This document shows positions 47,633 through 59,643 of a stretch of 64,000 bases of DNA, piece after piece. Below the pieces are notes generated by a model. That model did no database searches. It worked only from the letters and a program-made list of their open reading frames with translations, and had not been told where the DNA came from. The translations under genes and the position numbers were made by a program. The first letter of the stretch is position 1; the number at the start of each line of letters is the position of its first letter. The stretch is from an uncultured Acidimicrobiales bacterium (GTDB lineage: Bacteria > Actinomycetota > Acidimicrobiia > Acidimicrobiales > VFJN01): assembly GCA_963842015.1 (NCBI GenBank), contig CAWJFG010000026.1:33779-97778 (forward strand), read 5' to 3'.

Positions 47633-48670
47633 TCAGGTGGCGGCGTCGATGGTCAGCCGTCCGCCGACGATCAGCGCCACCCCGTCGATGTCGTCGGTGC
47701 GCCGCGGGCTCAGGACCTCACGCCGCGGGGGCACCCCGAGATCGTCGAGGTCGCGGGCACCGGGGTCGAGGTAGCACGCGTCGGCGACGGCCTCACCGTC
47801 CCCGGCGAGGTACTGGATCGACAGGGCCTCGTAGCTGACGTCGGGGTCGTCGGGGTCGCGCCGCTCGGTCACCCGACCGAGCGACTCCTCGAGCTGGCCG
47901 CGGGTCTCCTCGTCGGAGGACCCGACGCGGCCGACGCGCACGTCGACGTCCTCGGCCGCCAGCCCGTGGCGCTCCGCGAGCTCTCCCGCCACGAAGTCGC
48001 GGTACTCGTCGCTGCGGAACCGGTCGAGCTCCTCCCTCGGGCAGGCCGATGCGGCCGCGGTGATCTCGGCAGCGCGGGACACGAAGCTGACGAACTCGCC
48101 GTGGAAGTCGGCGGGCGTGTCGTCCTGGCGGAAGGCGGAGTCGTTGGCCGTCGTGTGCTCCAGCGTGGTGTCGCACACGAAGAGGGAGCCCATCTCGAAC
48201 TCGAGGGCGAGGACGCGACCTCCGTCCTCCGCGGTGGTCGTCGTCATCGTGCCGTCGGCGCAGTAGTCCACGGTCACGAGCAACCGGGCGGGCAGGTCGC
48301 CGTCGGCCGGGTCGGCGACGCTCGACGTGCCGTTCGTCGACTGGAAGTCGCCGTTGACGATCCAGCCGTGGCGGTCCCAGTTCTGCTTGGCCTTGATCTC
48401 GACGACGGCCTCACCGTCGCCGATGTCGACGAGGAACCGCTCGGATGCGGCGTGCGCCTCTTGGCCCCGATACGTGACCGAACCGCGTGGGGCAGGGTCG
48501 CTGCGCCCGCCGGCGAACCAGTCGGGCAGGTCGAACAGCGTTCCGTTCAGGACGAACAGGACCAGCACCCCGGCGCCCACGATCGCGAGGGCGGGCACGA
48601 GCCGACCTCCGCCGCGCCGGCCGCCGCGCCCGCCACCGGTCTCGCTCGCCTTGGGTCGCATGCCCAGCAT
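47633..48670 (-). CDS. membrane-anchored hypothetical protein
   Basis: ATG 48670 follows GGAGGAGG. Basic N-terminus, one TM helix (LVPALAIVGAGVLVLFVL), then an acidic domain of about 290 aa with 3 Cys. I recognise no family. Confidence 0.65.
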   Translation of the reverse strand: MLGMRPKASETGGGRGGRRGGGRLVPALAIVGAGVLVLFVLNGTLFDLPDWFAGGRSDPAPRGSVTYRGQEAHAASERFLVDIGDGEAVVEIKAKQNWDRHGWIVNGDFQSTNGTSSVADPADGDLPARLLVTVDYCADGTMTTTTAEDGGRVLALEFEMGSLFVCDTTLEHTTANDSAFRQDDTPADFHGEFVSFVSRAAEITAAASACPREELDRFRSDEYRDFVAGELAERHGLAAEDVDVRVGRVGSSDEETRGQLEESLGRVTERRDPDDPDVSYEALSIQYLAGDGEAVADACYLDPGARDLDDLGVPPRREVLSPRRTDDIDGVALIVGGRLTIDAAT

Positions 48671-50499
48671 GAGGTCCTCCTCCCCACACCGGAGGGCTAC
48701 CCGCGCACGCGCCGGATCAGTCCACCTCGCCGGCTCGGGCGACCCCGGATGGTCAGCGGGGCGTGGGCGACGACGCGGTGCCGGCGACCCACGTGTCGTA
48801 GAGGCGTGCGTACGCCCCGCCGCGCGCCACCAGGTCGGCGTGGGAGCCCAGCTCCACCAGCTCGCCGCCGTCGACGACACCGACCACGTCGGCCCGCTCG
48901 GACGTCGAGAGCCGGTGGGCGATGACCACCACCGTCCGGCCCTCCAGCAGGCGGTCGACCGCGGCCTCGACCAGCGCCTCGGTTCCGGGGTCGAGGCTCG
49001 ACGTCGCCTCGTCGAGCACGAGCACCGCCGGGTCGGCGAGCGCGGCCCGGGCCAGGGACACGAGCTGCTTCTCGCCCGCCGACAGCCGGCTGCCCCGCTC
49101 GCGGACCTCGGTGTCGAGCCCGTCGGGCAGGGACGAGAACCGGTCGTACGCGCCGACGGCCCGCAGGGCGTCGTCGACCTCCGCGGTCGTGGCGCCCGCC
49201 CGGGCGAGGCGCACGTTGTCGCGGATGGTTCCGTTGAACAGGAACCCTTCCTGCGGGATCACGACGATGCGGCCCCGCAGCGACGAGAGCGTGGCGTCAC
49301 GCAGGTCCACCCCACCGAACGTCACCCGGCCGTCGGTCGGGTCGTAGAGGCGGGCCACCAGCTTGGCCAGGGTCGACTTCCCCGCGCCGGTCGGGCCCAC
49401 GAGGGCGAGGCGCGACCCGGCCGGGATCGACAACGTCACGTCCCGCAGCACCCGAGGCCCGTCGCCGTAGGCGAACGAGACGTCGCGCACCTCGACGTCA
49501 CCCGCATCGGGCAGGTCGACCGAGCCCGGCCGCTCGGCCACCTCGACGGGCGTGTCGAGCAGCTCGTACAGCTTGTTCAGGCCCGCGCCGGCCGACTGGA
49601 CCATGTTGAACATCTGGCTGAGCTGCTGGACGGGCTCGAACAGGTTCGACAGCGTCAGCACGAAGAAGGCCACGGTGCCGATGGTCAGCAGGTCGTCGTG
49701 CACCCACCACCCGCCGATGCCCAGGGCCAACGCGGTGGTGCCCCAACCGGCCAGCTCGATCACCGGCAGGTACCAGGCCGAGATGCGCACCGAGCGCATG
49801 TGGCTGTCGTACAGATCCCAGTTGCCGGCCGCGAACCGCCCGACCTCGACGTCCTCGCGGGCGAACGCCTGCACGACCCGCACTCCGGCGATGCCCTCCT
49901 GCAGGTGCGACAGCGTGTTGCCGATCCGGTCGCGCACGTCGAGGTAGGCGGCGTTCGAGTCGCGCTGGAACTTGATGCTGGCGAGGATCACCGGCGGCAG
50001 CGCCACCGCGCACACGAGCATGAGCTGCCACGAGACGCAGGTGAGCACGACCAGCGACACCACGAGCAGCAGCGCGTTCGCCACGAACATCGACAGGCCC
50101 ATCTGGATGAGCTCGGAGAGGGAGTCGACGTCGGACGTCATGCGCGACACCAGCACGCCCGCCTTCGACCGGTCGTAGAACGGCATCGACAGCTGTTGCA
50201 GGTGGTCGAAGACCCGGATGCGCAGGCGCCGGAGGAACTCCTCGCCCACCTGGCTGATGAGCGAGATCTGCAGCCGGTTGGTGACGTAGGCGAGGATCGC
50301 CGCCACCACGTAGCCGGCGATGGCCAGGTTCAGCATGCCGACGTCGCGGTCGGTGATGCCCTGGTCGATGCCGAACTTGACGAGGTACGGGCCGGCGAGG
50401 ACCGTGGCGGTCCACACCACGACCATGGCGACGGCCCCGGCCACGCGGCGGCGCTGGGGCCGCAGCATCCGCGCGGTGCGGCGCAGGACCTGGCGGGCC

Positions 50500-52527
<2,028 letters not shown>

Positions 52528-52570
52528 GACGACCGCTGTGCCCCCTCTTACCGGCGAGTGCGTGCCTGTA

Positions 52571-52588
52571 CTTGACCCGTGGGTCAAG
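52571..52588. promoter_or_regulatory. perfect 8+2+8 palindrome CTTGACCC-GT-GGGTCAAG upstream of ABC pair 2
   Basis: Read directly. It lies 44-61 nt upstream of the 52527 start and contains TTGACC on both strands (-35-like). Confidence 0.5.
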
Positions 52589-52746
52589 CGTAGCGAGCCT
52601 CCCCGTCGTCGCAACACCCAGATTCCGCCCGGGCGGCGAGCGTCGGTGACCTTCCCGGTGGTCTCGTGGACAGCGGGAAGGTGCCCCACTGCGAGTGGGG
52701 TGAGACCACCGATCGCGGTTCTCGCGGGGCGCCCTCTCGGTGCGGA

Positions 52747-53631
52747 TCAGGACGACAGGAGGACGGGGGCGAGCTCACGCCACTCGTCGAGCGGCAGCTT
52801 CGTGACGTCGGAGTCGAGGACCTGCACGCACACGTGGTCGGCGCCCGCCTCGTGGTGCTCCGCGACGCGCTCGGCGATGGCGTCGGGCTCGCCCCACGCC
52901 ACGAGTGCGTCGACCAGCTTGTCGCTGCCGCCGTCGCCGAGGTCGTCGTCGTCCCAGCCGAGCCGACGCAGGTTGTTCACGTAGTTGGGCAGCGTGAGGT
53001 ACATGCGCATGTGCTTGCGGGCGGCCTCACGTGCCTCCTCGGGGTCGTCGGACAGCACGACGCCCAGCTCGACGAGCAGCATCGGGCCGTCGCCCAGGCG
53101 CTCGCGGGCGAACGACGTGTGGTCGACCGGCACGAAGTACGAGTGCGCGCCCCAGGCCCGCGTCGCCGCCAGCTCGAGCATCTTCGGCCCGAGCGCCGCG
53201 AGCACGCGGGGCGGGTCCTCGGCCGCGGCCGGCGAGACCGTGAAGGCGGCGTCGAAGGCGTCGAGGTACGACTTCATGTAGGCCAGCGGCTTGTCCCAGC
53301 TGCGGTTCAGCATGCCCTCGACCATCGGGGCGTGGCTGACCCCCAGGCCGAGGAGGAAGCGACCGCCCGAATCGTCGGCCAGCAGGCGCTGCGACATGGC
53401 TGCGACACCGGGCAGGCGGTTGTAGACGTTGGCGACGCCCGTGGCGACGACCATCCGCTCGGTGGCGTCGAGCAGGACCGCCGCGTGGGTGATGGCGTCG
53501 CGACCGACCGCCTCGGGGACCCACAGGGTCCCGTAGCCCAGCCCGTCGAGCTCCGCGGCCACCTGGCGGGCGGTGCTCGCCGGCTGCAGGTCGAGCTGTG
53601 CGGTCCAGATCCCCACGCGTCCCACGTCCAT
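52747..53631 (-). CDS. LLM-class F420-dependent oxidoreductase
   Basis: ATG 53631 (MDVGRVGIWTAQLD...). Luciferase-like monooxygenase fold pattern with the F420-family N-terminus (GYGTLWVPEAVGRDA, LGLGVSH). Confidence 0.8.
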   Translation of the reverse strand: MDVGRVGIWTAQLDLQPASTARQVAAELDGLGYGTLWVPEAVGRDAITHAAVLLDATERMVVATGVANVYNRLPGVAAMSQRLLADDSGGRFLLGLGVSHAPMVEGMLNRSWDKPLAYMKSYLDAFDAAFTVSPAAAEDPPRVLAALGPKMLELAATRAWGAHSYFVPVDHTSFARERLGDGPMLLVELGVVLSDDPEEAREAARKHMRMYLTLPNYVNNLRRLGWDDDDLGDGGSDKLVDALVAWGEPDAIAERVAEHHEAGADHVCVQVLDSDVTKLPLDEWRELAPVLLSS

Positions 53632-53677
53632 GGGCGCCGACCCTACCGGCAGGACCAACCGGTACGGTTGGCCCGCG

Positions 53678-54151
53678 ATGGACACGGTCGCCCGGCCCGG
53701 CGGCACCGCCGCTCCCCCCGACGACGGGGGATCACACGGGTCGGCGCGCTCCCGTCTCGGACGCCTCGCCGCGCTGGCCGGTGCCGTCGGCGCCGTCGCC
53801 TACGTGGGCCTCGCCGACCCGGGCACGGGCGCCAACCTGTACCCGCCGTGCCCCAGCCGCGTGCTCCTCGGCCTCGACTGCCCCGCGTGCGGGGGCCTGC
53901 GCGGCACTCACGACCTGCTCCACGGCGACGTGGTCGCGGCCCTCGACCACAACCTGCTGCTGCCCGTGTTGCTCGCGCTCTACGCCTACGCCGCCGTGGT
54001 CTACTTCGCCCCGCTCGTGGGCCGCACGGTCGGGCCGCTACGGCCGCCGCGGTGGGCGCTCGTCGCGGGCGCCGTGGCGTTCGCGGCGTTCGCCGTCCTG
54101 CGCAACCTGCCCGTCGCCGGGCTCGAGTTCCTCGGCTCGGGCACCTCGTGA
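53678..54151 (+). CDS. DUF2752-like membrane protein
   Basis: ATG 53678. The CPSRVLLGLDCPACGGLRG motif followed by TM helices is the DUF2752 pattern. Confidence 0.7.
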   Translation: MDTVARPGGTAAPPDDGGSHGSARSRLGRLAALAGAVGAVAYVGLADPGTGANLYPPCPSRVLLGLDCPACGGLRGTHDLLHGDVVAALDHNLLLPVLLALYAYAAVVYFAPLVGRTVGPLRPPRWALVAGAVAFAAFAVLRNLPVAGLEFLGSGTS

Positions 54152-54790
54152 CCCGGCCGGGGGACGGCCGGGCACCGCCTCCTCCCGCCCCCGCCACCTG
54201 AGCAGGTGCAGCCACCCGGCGATCAGCGGGCCCGCCGCGACGGCGAACACCGCGGTCCCCAGGCCCAGATCGCCGCCGAGCACACCGCCCACGGCCAGCG
54301 TCGTGACCTCGATCGTCACCCGGGCTCGCACGAGCGGGACACCCCGGTCGGTGGCGACGAGCATCACCATCTCGAGCGGTCCGACGCCGATGTCGGCGTG
54401 GACGATGAACGCCACGCCGAGGCAGACCAGCGGGACGCCGACGACGTACAGCACGACGCGGCCCGCCATGGCGGACGGCTCGTCCACGACCGCCAGCGTG
54501 GCGTCGACCGCGCCCGACACGCCGAACAGGAGCACCAGGTTGCCCCACCCGGGCAGCCTGCCGAACGGCGCACACGCCACGTAGACGGCGATGCTGAGCA
54601 GGGCCCCGGCCACGCCGACCGACAGGCCGGCCCGGTCGGCCACCGCGGTCGTGAGGACGTCCCACGACGTCACCCCGAGCGCCGAGGCGATGAGGAAGCC
54701 GGCGCCGACCCCGATGGCCACGGCCCCGGCCGCCACGAGGGCGAGGGTGGCGGGACCGACCGGCCGCCCGCCGACGCGACGGACCCTCAT
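54038..54790 (-). CDS. YczE/YitT-like integral membrane protein
   Basis: ATG 54790 (MRVRRVGGRPVGPATLALVAAGAV...). Five to six hydrophobic helices. The last roughly 45 codons have poor GC3 and overlap the convergent gene, so the true 3' end is doubtful. Confidence 0.6.
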   Translation of the reverse strand: MRVRRVGGRPVGPATLALVAAGAVAIGVGAGFLIASALGVTSWDVLTTAVADRAGLSVGVAGALLSIAVYVACAPFGRLPGWGNLVLLFGVSGAVDATLAVVDEPSAMAGRVVLYVVGVPLVCLGVAFIVHADIGVGPLEMVMLVATDRGVPLVRARVTIEVTTLAVGGVLGGDLGLGTAVFAVAAGPLIAGWLHLLRWRGREEAVPGRPPAGSRGARAEELEPGDGQVAQDGERRERHGARDERPPRRP

Positions 54791-54815
54791 GCGCGCCCGG
54801 CCGGCACGGCGGCGG

Positions 54816-55400
54816 TCACCCGACCCACTTGCGCGTGGGCGGCGGCGGGATCCAGGCCGCGAGCGCGTCGAGGAGCCCGTCGACGTCGTCGTCGGCGAGG
54901 ACGAGGCCGCGGTGCTCCGACCGGATGAACCCCTCGTCGACGCCCCGATCGAACAGCGTGACGAGCGGCTCGTAGTAGCCGGCCACGTCGAGCAGCCCAC
55001 ACGGCTTGGGCACGGGGTGCAGGCCCAGTTGGCTCCAGGTCAACACCTCGCAGAACTCCTCGAGCGTGCCGAAGCCGCCGGGGAGGGCGACGAACCCGTC
55101 GGAAAGGTCGGCCATCAGTGCCTTGCGCTCGTGCATCGACCCGACGATCCGCAGGTCGTCGAGGGCGGTGTGGGCGACCTCGGCGTCGACCAGCCGCTCG
55201 GGGATGACGCCCGTGACCTCGCCGCCCGCCGCCCGGCACGCGTCGGCCACCCGTCCCATCAGGCCGACGTGGGCGCCCCCGTACACGAGGCCGATCCCCC
55301 GTGCCGCCAGCGTCTCGCCCACGCGCCCGGCGGCGGCGAGGTAGTCGGCCCGCGCCCCGTCGCTCGACCCGCAGAACACGCACACCCGACGCAGCGCCAT
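54816..55400 (-). CDS. LOG-family cytokinin riboside 5'-monophosphate phosphoribohydrolase-like protein
   Basis: VCVFCGSS, LVYGGAHVGLMG and PGGFGTLEE motifs. Confidence 0.9.
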   Translation of the reverse strand: MALRRVCVFCGSSDGARADYLAAAGRVGETLAARGIGLVYGGAHVGLMGRVADACRAAGGEVTGVIPERLVDAEVAHTALDDLRIVGSMHERKALMADLSDGFVALPGGFGTLEEFCEVLTWSQLGLHPVPKPCGLLDVAGYYEPLVTLFDRGVDEGFIRSEHRGLVLADDDVDGLLDALAAWIPPPPTRKWVG

Positions 55401-55427
55401 CCCGCCACCCTGCCAGCCCCACGACGA

Positions 55428-55473
55428 TTTCCCCGCGAGATTGGTCGCTGGGGCGACCGATCTCGCGGGGAAA
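55428..55473. terminator. long inverted repeat (21-nt arms, one mismatch, 4-nt loop) between the gamma-CA and LOG genes
   Basis: tttccccgcgagattggtcgc-tggg-gcgaccgatctcgcggggaaa, read directly. It lies 30 nt downstream of the gamma-CA stop on the minus strand. No U-tract follows. Confidence 0.45.
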
Positions 55474-55502
55474 AGCGTGCAGGGGTGGGCCAGGACGGCC
55501 GG

Positions 55503-56024
55503 TCAGTCGAGGCGGCGGAGCTGGGTGCGGTACTGCGCGCTGCGCTCGACGTAGCTCAGCATGCCGAGGCGGATCATCGTGTCGGGGTCGACCGCGTCGG
55601 GCCGGATCTTGGCCGGGATGCCGAGCGCCATCGCCCCCGACGGCACCTCGACCCCGCCGGACACGACAGCTCCGGCGCCGACCAGCGCCCCCGTGCGCAC
55701 GATCGCGTCGTGCAGCACGACGGCGCCGGACCCGACCAGCGACCCGTCCTCGACGGTGCAGCCCTCGAGGTGGACGAGGTGGCCGATCACGCACTCGGCC
55801 CCCACCGTGGTCGGGTGGATCGGCGTCACGTGGAGCACCGACCCGTCCTGGATCGACGTGCGCGCCCCGATCGTGATCGGCGCCCCGTCGCCCCGCAGGA
55901 CGGCGCCGGGCCAGATCGACGACTCGGGGCCGAGGCGCACGTCACCGATCACCACCGCGTCGGGGTGCACGTAGGCGGTCGGGTCGATCAGCGGCTCGCG
56001 CTCGCCGAGGGCGTAGATCGGCAT
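55503..56024 (-). CDS. gamma-class carbonic anhydrase family (hexapeptide-repeat) protein
   Basis: 173 aa. The left-handed beta-helix hexapeptide pattern begins with MPIYALGEREPLIDPTAYVHPDAVVIGDV and carries His ligands (HV..., HLVHLEG). Confidence 0.9.
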   Translation of the reverse strand: MPIYALGEREPLIDPTAYVHPDAVVIGDVRLGPESSIWPGAVLRGDGAPITIGARTSIQDGSVLHVTPIHPTTVGAECVIGHLVHLEGCTVEDGSLVGSGAVVLHDAIVRTGALVGAGAVVSGGVEVPSGAMALGIPAKIRPDAVDPDTMIRLGMLSYVERSAQYRTQLRRLD

Positions 56025-56042
56025 CTCGGTCCGCGACGCCCC

Positions 56043-56555
56043 TCAGGTCGTGTAGCGGCCGAAGCCGCCACGGAAGAACACCAGCGGACCGCCCTCGTGG
56101 CCGATCTCGAGGTCGTGCACGCGCCCCACGACGATCCAGTGATCGCCGGCCTCGTGGACCGCGTCGATGCGGCAGTCGATCCACGCCAGCACGTCGTGCA
56201 GGACCGGCGCCCCGGTCACGACCGACGGCTTCCACCCCATGCCCGCGAACTTGTCCTCGGCCTTGCCGGCGAACACCCGCGCCTGCTCCTCCTGGTCGTC
56301 GGCCAGGATGTTGACGCAGTAGTGACCGGCGGCGGCGATGCCCGGGTAGCTCGTCGACGACTTCCCGGCGAAGAACGCCACCAGCGGCGGGTCGAGCGAC
56401 ACCGACGCGAACGAGCCGACGCACATGCCGACCGGCCCGTCGGGCCCGGCGGCGGTCACGACCGTCACACCGGTCGGGAAGTGACCGAGGACCTGGCGGT
56501 AACGGGCGCTGTCGATGGCCGGCGAGGCGGAGGGGTCGGCGCTCACGTCGGGCAC
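56043..56555 (-). CDS. flavin reductase family protein
   Basis: FPTGVTVVTA...MCVGSFASVSLDPPLV...GDHWIVVGRV is the flavin_reduct domain pattern. Confidence 0.9.
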   Translation of the reverse strand: MPDVSADPSASPAIDSARYRQVLGHFPTGVTVVTAAGPDGPVGMCVGSFASVSLDPPLVAFFAGKSSTSYPGIAAAGHYCVNILADDQEEQARVFAGKAEDKFAGMGWKPSVVTGAPVLHDVLAWIDCRIDAVHEAGDHWIVVGRVHDLEIGHEGGPLVFFRGGFGRYTT

Positions 56556-56744
56556 CCTAGCGGCGGGTGACGACCCGTCAGGAGTTCAGCTCTGGGGCCG
56601 ATCAGGGCCTCAGAACGTGCGCGGATAGGTCACGCCGTCTCGGGCTGCCGCTCGCGTGCTGCCTGTCGGCCGGCTGTGGAGCTGCGGGTCGACCACCAAA
56701 TCCCCCCGCGTGGGCTGTGCCGAGCGCCCTATCTGCTCGGCCTC

Positions 56745-57587
56745 TCAGCCGCCGAACGAGACGGTCAGGCCCTCGTAGGCGGCGATGACCTCGCACAGCC
56801 CGGTCGGTTCGGCCGCCGCGCGGGCGTGGGCCAGGAGGGCGTCGACCGTGTCGTCGTCGTGGGCCGGGTCGTGGTGGAACAGGGCCAGGCGCTTGGCGCC
56901 GGCCTCTTGGGCCACGAACACCGCGTAGTCGACCGTGCAGTGGCCCCAGAAGTACTTCTGGGCGAACTCGCCCGTCGTGTACTGGGCGTCGTGGATGACG
57001 AGGTCGGCCCCGTCGCACAGCTCGAGCACCGCGTCGCTGACCTGGTGGCTGCCGTCGTGGGGCATCTGGTGGTCGGCCAGGTAGGCGACCACGGCCCCGC
57101 CCACCTCGACGCGGTAGCCGTTGTTCGCCCCGACGTGGGGCACGGGGCGCACGCGCACCTTGGCGCCGTCGATCTCGAGGTCGCAGTCGGACACGTCGTG
57201 GAAGCTGATCTGCCCGTACAGCTCTTCGACGGTCACCGGGAAGAACGGCGGGCGGACGAACTGGTGGAAGGCCTCGGCCAGCGAGCCGGCCTCTTGCGGC
57301 GGGCCGTAGATGTCGAGCTGGGCCCCGGGGGCCAGGATCGGGGCGAAGAACGGCAGCCCCTGCACGTGATCCCAGTGCATGTGGGTGACGAGCGCAGAGC
57401 CACGGAACGACCCGTCGGTGGGCAGGTGCTGCCCGAGCTGGCGGAGGCCGGTGCCGAGGTCGAGCACGATCGGGTCGTGGCCGGGCGCGTCGAGCTGGAC
57501 GCAGGACGTGTTGCCGCCGTAGCGACGGTTCTCGTCACAGGGACACGGGGTCGAGCCCCGTACACCGAAGAAGGAGACGTTCAGCAA
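56745..57587 (-). CDS. MBL-fold metallo-hydrolase
   Basis: VTHMHWDHVQG metal motif. FFGVRGSTP N-terminus. The start is TTG 57587 (after GAGGGGAA) or the upstream alternative at 57632. Confidence 0.8.
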   Translation of the reverse strand: MLNVSFFGVRGSTPCPCDENRRYGGNTSCVQLDAPGHDPIVLDLGTGLRQLGQHLPTDGSFRGSALVTHMHWDHVQGLPFFAPILAPGAQLDIYGPPQEAGSLAEAFHQFVRPPFFPVTVEELYGQISFHDVSDCDLEIDGAKVRVRPVPHVGANNGYRVEVGGAVVAYLADHQMPHDGSHQVSDAVLELCDGADLVIHDAQYTTGEFAQKYFWGHCTVDYAVFVAQEAGAKRLALFHHDPAHDDDTVDALLAHARAAAEPTGLCEVIAAYEGLTVSFGG

Positions 57588-57733
57588 AGGTTCCCCTCGT
57601 CGCGCCGCAAGCGCTCGGGCGACGTTACCCAAGGGTGAACAGCGTGAGCGCTGGGTGTGACCACAATCACCGGCTGCGGCCGGTTCCGGGGGCGGCCGGG
57701 AGCGGGCGGACGCCGTGGGTTAGCTTCCGGCCC

Positions 57734-58633
57734 ATGACCACCGACGAGCTGGGCCTCACGCAGGGAACGATCGACGCCAACGGCGTCACCTTCGCCTACC
57801 TGGCCGCCGGAGACGACGACGCGCCGCTGGCCCTCTGCCTGCACGGGTTTCCGGACTCGGCCTGGACCTGGCGGCATCTGCTCCCCTCCCTGGCGGCGGC
57901 GGGCTACCGGGCGGTGGCCCCGTGGCTGCGGGGATATGCACCGACGACCGTACCCGCCGACGGCCACTACCAGGCAGGGATGTTGGCGCTCGACGCATGC
58001 GCCCTGCACGAGGCCCTCGGCGCCGGCGAGGACGCCGTCCTCATCGGGCACGACTGGGGCGCGCTGGCCGCCTACTCGGCGGTGCACCACGAGACCGTCC
58101 GCTGGCGGCGGCTCGTGACGATGGCCGTGCCGCCCCCACCGACGCTGACCAGCGCCTTCTTCTCCTACGACCAGCTCCAGAAGTCGTGGTACATGTTCTT
58201 CTTCCAGTCACCGCTGGCCGACATGGCGGTGCCGATGGACGACCTGGCCTTCATCGACCGGCTGTGGGCCGACTGGTCGCCCGGGTACGACGCCGCCGAC
58301 GACCTGCCCCACGTCAAGGACGCACTGCGCGACCCGGCCAACCTGTCCGCCGCCATCGGCTACTACCGGGCGACCCTGGGCGGCGTGGGCCTGTCCGACG
58401 ACCCCCAGGTCGTGGCCCTGCAGAACGCCGCCAACGGCGCGCCGCCGCTGCCCGCGCTGTACCTGCACGGGGCCACCGACGGCTGCATGGGCGCCGACCT
58501 CGCTCCGCTGGCGGGCGGGGTGCTGACGCACCCGGGCTCGCGCGTCGAGATCGTCGAGGGCGCCGGTCACTTCCTCCACGTCGAGCGACCCGACACGGTC
58601 GACGCGCTCGTGCTCGACTTCCTCGCCGAGTAG
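57734..58633 (+). CDS. alpha/beta hydrolase (epoxide-hydrolase/haloalkane-dehalogenase-like HGFP subgroup)
   Basis: ATG 57734. LHGFPDSAWTW, GHDWGA nucleophile elbow (Asp), C-terminal GAGHFLHVERP. Confidence 0.85.
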   Translation: MTTDELGLTQGTIDANGVTFAYLAAGDDDAPLALCLHGFPDSAWTWRHLLPSLAAAGYRAVAPWLRGYAPTTVPADGHYQAGMLALDACALHEALGAGEDAVLIGHDWGALAAYSAVHHETVRWRRLVTMAVPPPPTLTSAFFSYDQLQKSWYMFFFQSPLADMAVPMDDLAFIDRLWADWSPGYDAADDLPHVKDALRDPANLSAAIGYYRATLGGVGLSDDPQVVALQNAANGAPPLPALYLHGATDGCMGADLAPLAGGVLTHPGSRVEIVEGAGHFLHVERPDTVDALVLDFLAE

Positions 58634-58637
58634 CGGG

Positions 58638-58655
58638 CCCGCCCGGCTGGGCGGG
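58638..58655 (+). terminator. GC hairpin (7-bp stem, 4-nt loop) 5 nt after the hydrolase stop
   Basis: cccgccc-ggct-gggcggg, read directly. No U-tract follows, so function is inferred only from its position between convergent genes. Confidence 0.4.
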
Positions 58656-58767
58656 TCAGCCGATGACCAGCACCGGCCGGTCCTTCGCCGCCCATCCGGG
58701 TCAGCCGGGTGGCGATCGACCGCATGAGTCCCACGGCGGCGAGCATCGGAACCGCCTCGCAGGCGCC

Positions 58768-59643
58768 CTACGGCAGCCGCAGCACGTCGTCGTGGCGGAC
58801 CGCGAGGCCGTCTGCCAGGACGCCGACCGTCACCCGGTCGGCGCGGGCCGGGTCGTCCGGCCACCCCATCACCGCCGCGACCTCGGCCACGGGCACGGGG
58901 CCGGCCCGCAGCGCGTCGACCAGGCGACCCCGGCCCTGCCGGTCGGATCCGTCGAAGCGTGGCTGGCCGGTGGACACCCCCGCCGAGCCGTCGGCGGGGT
59001 CGGGAGGCGCCAGGCCGGACGCCGCCCAGGCGCATCCCGACGCCAGGGGGCATGCCGCACAGTCGGGGCGCCGGCGGCGGCACACCGCGCCCCCCAGCTC
59101 CATGAGCGACTGGTTCCACCGCCAGGACCGCTCGCCACCGTCCGGCGACGCCTCGACCGCCATGCCGTCCGCCATCGCCTGGGCCTCCGCGGCCCGGAGG
59201 CGCCGGCCCGACCGGCGAGCGAGCACGCGTCCGACATTGGTGTCGACCACGCCGACCGGTCGCTCGAAGGCGAAGGCCAGCACCGCTCGAGCCGTGTACG
59301 GCCCCACGCCGGGGAGGGCCAGCAGCGCGTCCAGGTCGTCGGGCAGCGCGCCGCCGTGCCGGTCGACGACCACGGTGGCGGCGCCGTGGAGGTTGAGCGC
59401 CCGCCGGTTGTAGCCGAGGCCCGCCCACAGCCGCACGACGTCGGCGGCGGGCGACGCCGCACAGGCCGCGGGGTCGGGGAAGCGGGCCAGGAAGGTCGCG
59501 TAGGCGGGGACGACGCGGTCGATCCCGGTCTGCTGGGCCATCACCTCGGACACGAGCACCGCCCACGGGTCGCGGGTGGCCCGCCACGGGAGCGGCCGCA
59601 GGTGGGCGCCGCCCCAGGCGAGCAGCGCCTCGGGGGATGTCAC
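58768..59643 (-). CDS. mutY: A/G-specific adenine glycosylase (MutY-like HhH-GPD with 4Fe-4S loop)
   Basis: PWR...DPWAVLVSEVMAQQT, LPGVGPYTARAV, VDTNVGRVL, and a Cys cluster CRRRRPDCAACPLASGC. Confidence 0.8.
   Translation of the reverse strand: MTSPEALLAWGGAHLRPLPWRATRDPWAVLVSEVMAQQTGIDRVVPAYATFLARFPDPAACAASPAADVVRLWAGLGYNRRALNLHGAATVVVDRHGGALPDDLDALLALPGVGPYTARAVLAFAFERPVGVVDTNVGRVLARRSGRRLRAAEAQAMADGMAVEASPDGGERSWRWNQSLMELGGAVCRRRRPDCAACPLASGCAWAASGLAPPDPADGSAGVSTGQPRFDGSDRQGRGRLVDALRAGPVPVAEVAAVMGWPDDPARADRVTVGVLADGLAVRHDDVLRLP

Noticed and set aside
54038-54151. 114-nt convergent overlap between the DUF2752 gene and the YczE-like gene as a possible antisense regulatory arrangement
   Set aside because: The overlapping tail of the YczE-like ORF has poor third-position G/C. 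It is most simply read-through into stop-poor antisense sequence, so the true stop or C-terminus is probably mis-set.
56556-56744. 189-nt spacer checked for a tRNA or small RNA gene
   Set aside because: I could fold no cloverleaf and found no GTTCGAATC-type T-arm. I found no tRNA-like T-arm anywhere else in the window by eye either. Only an Rfam/tRNAscan run could settle this.
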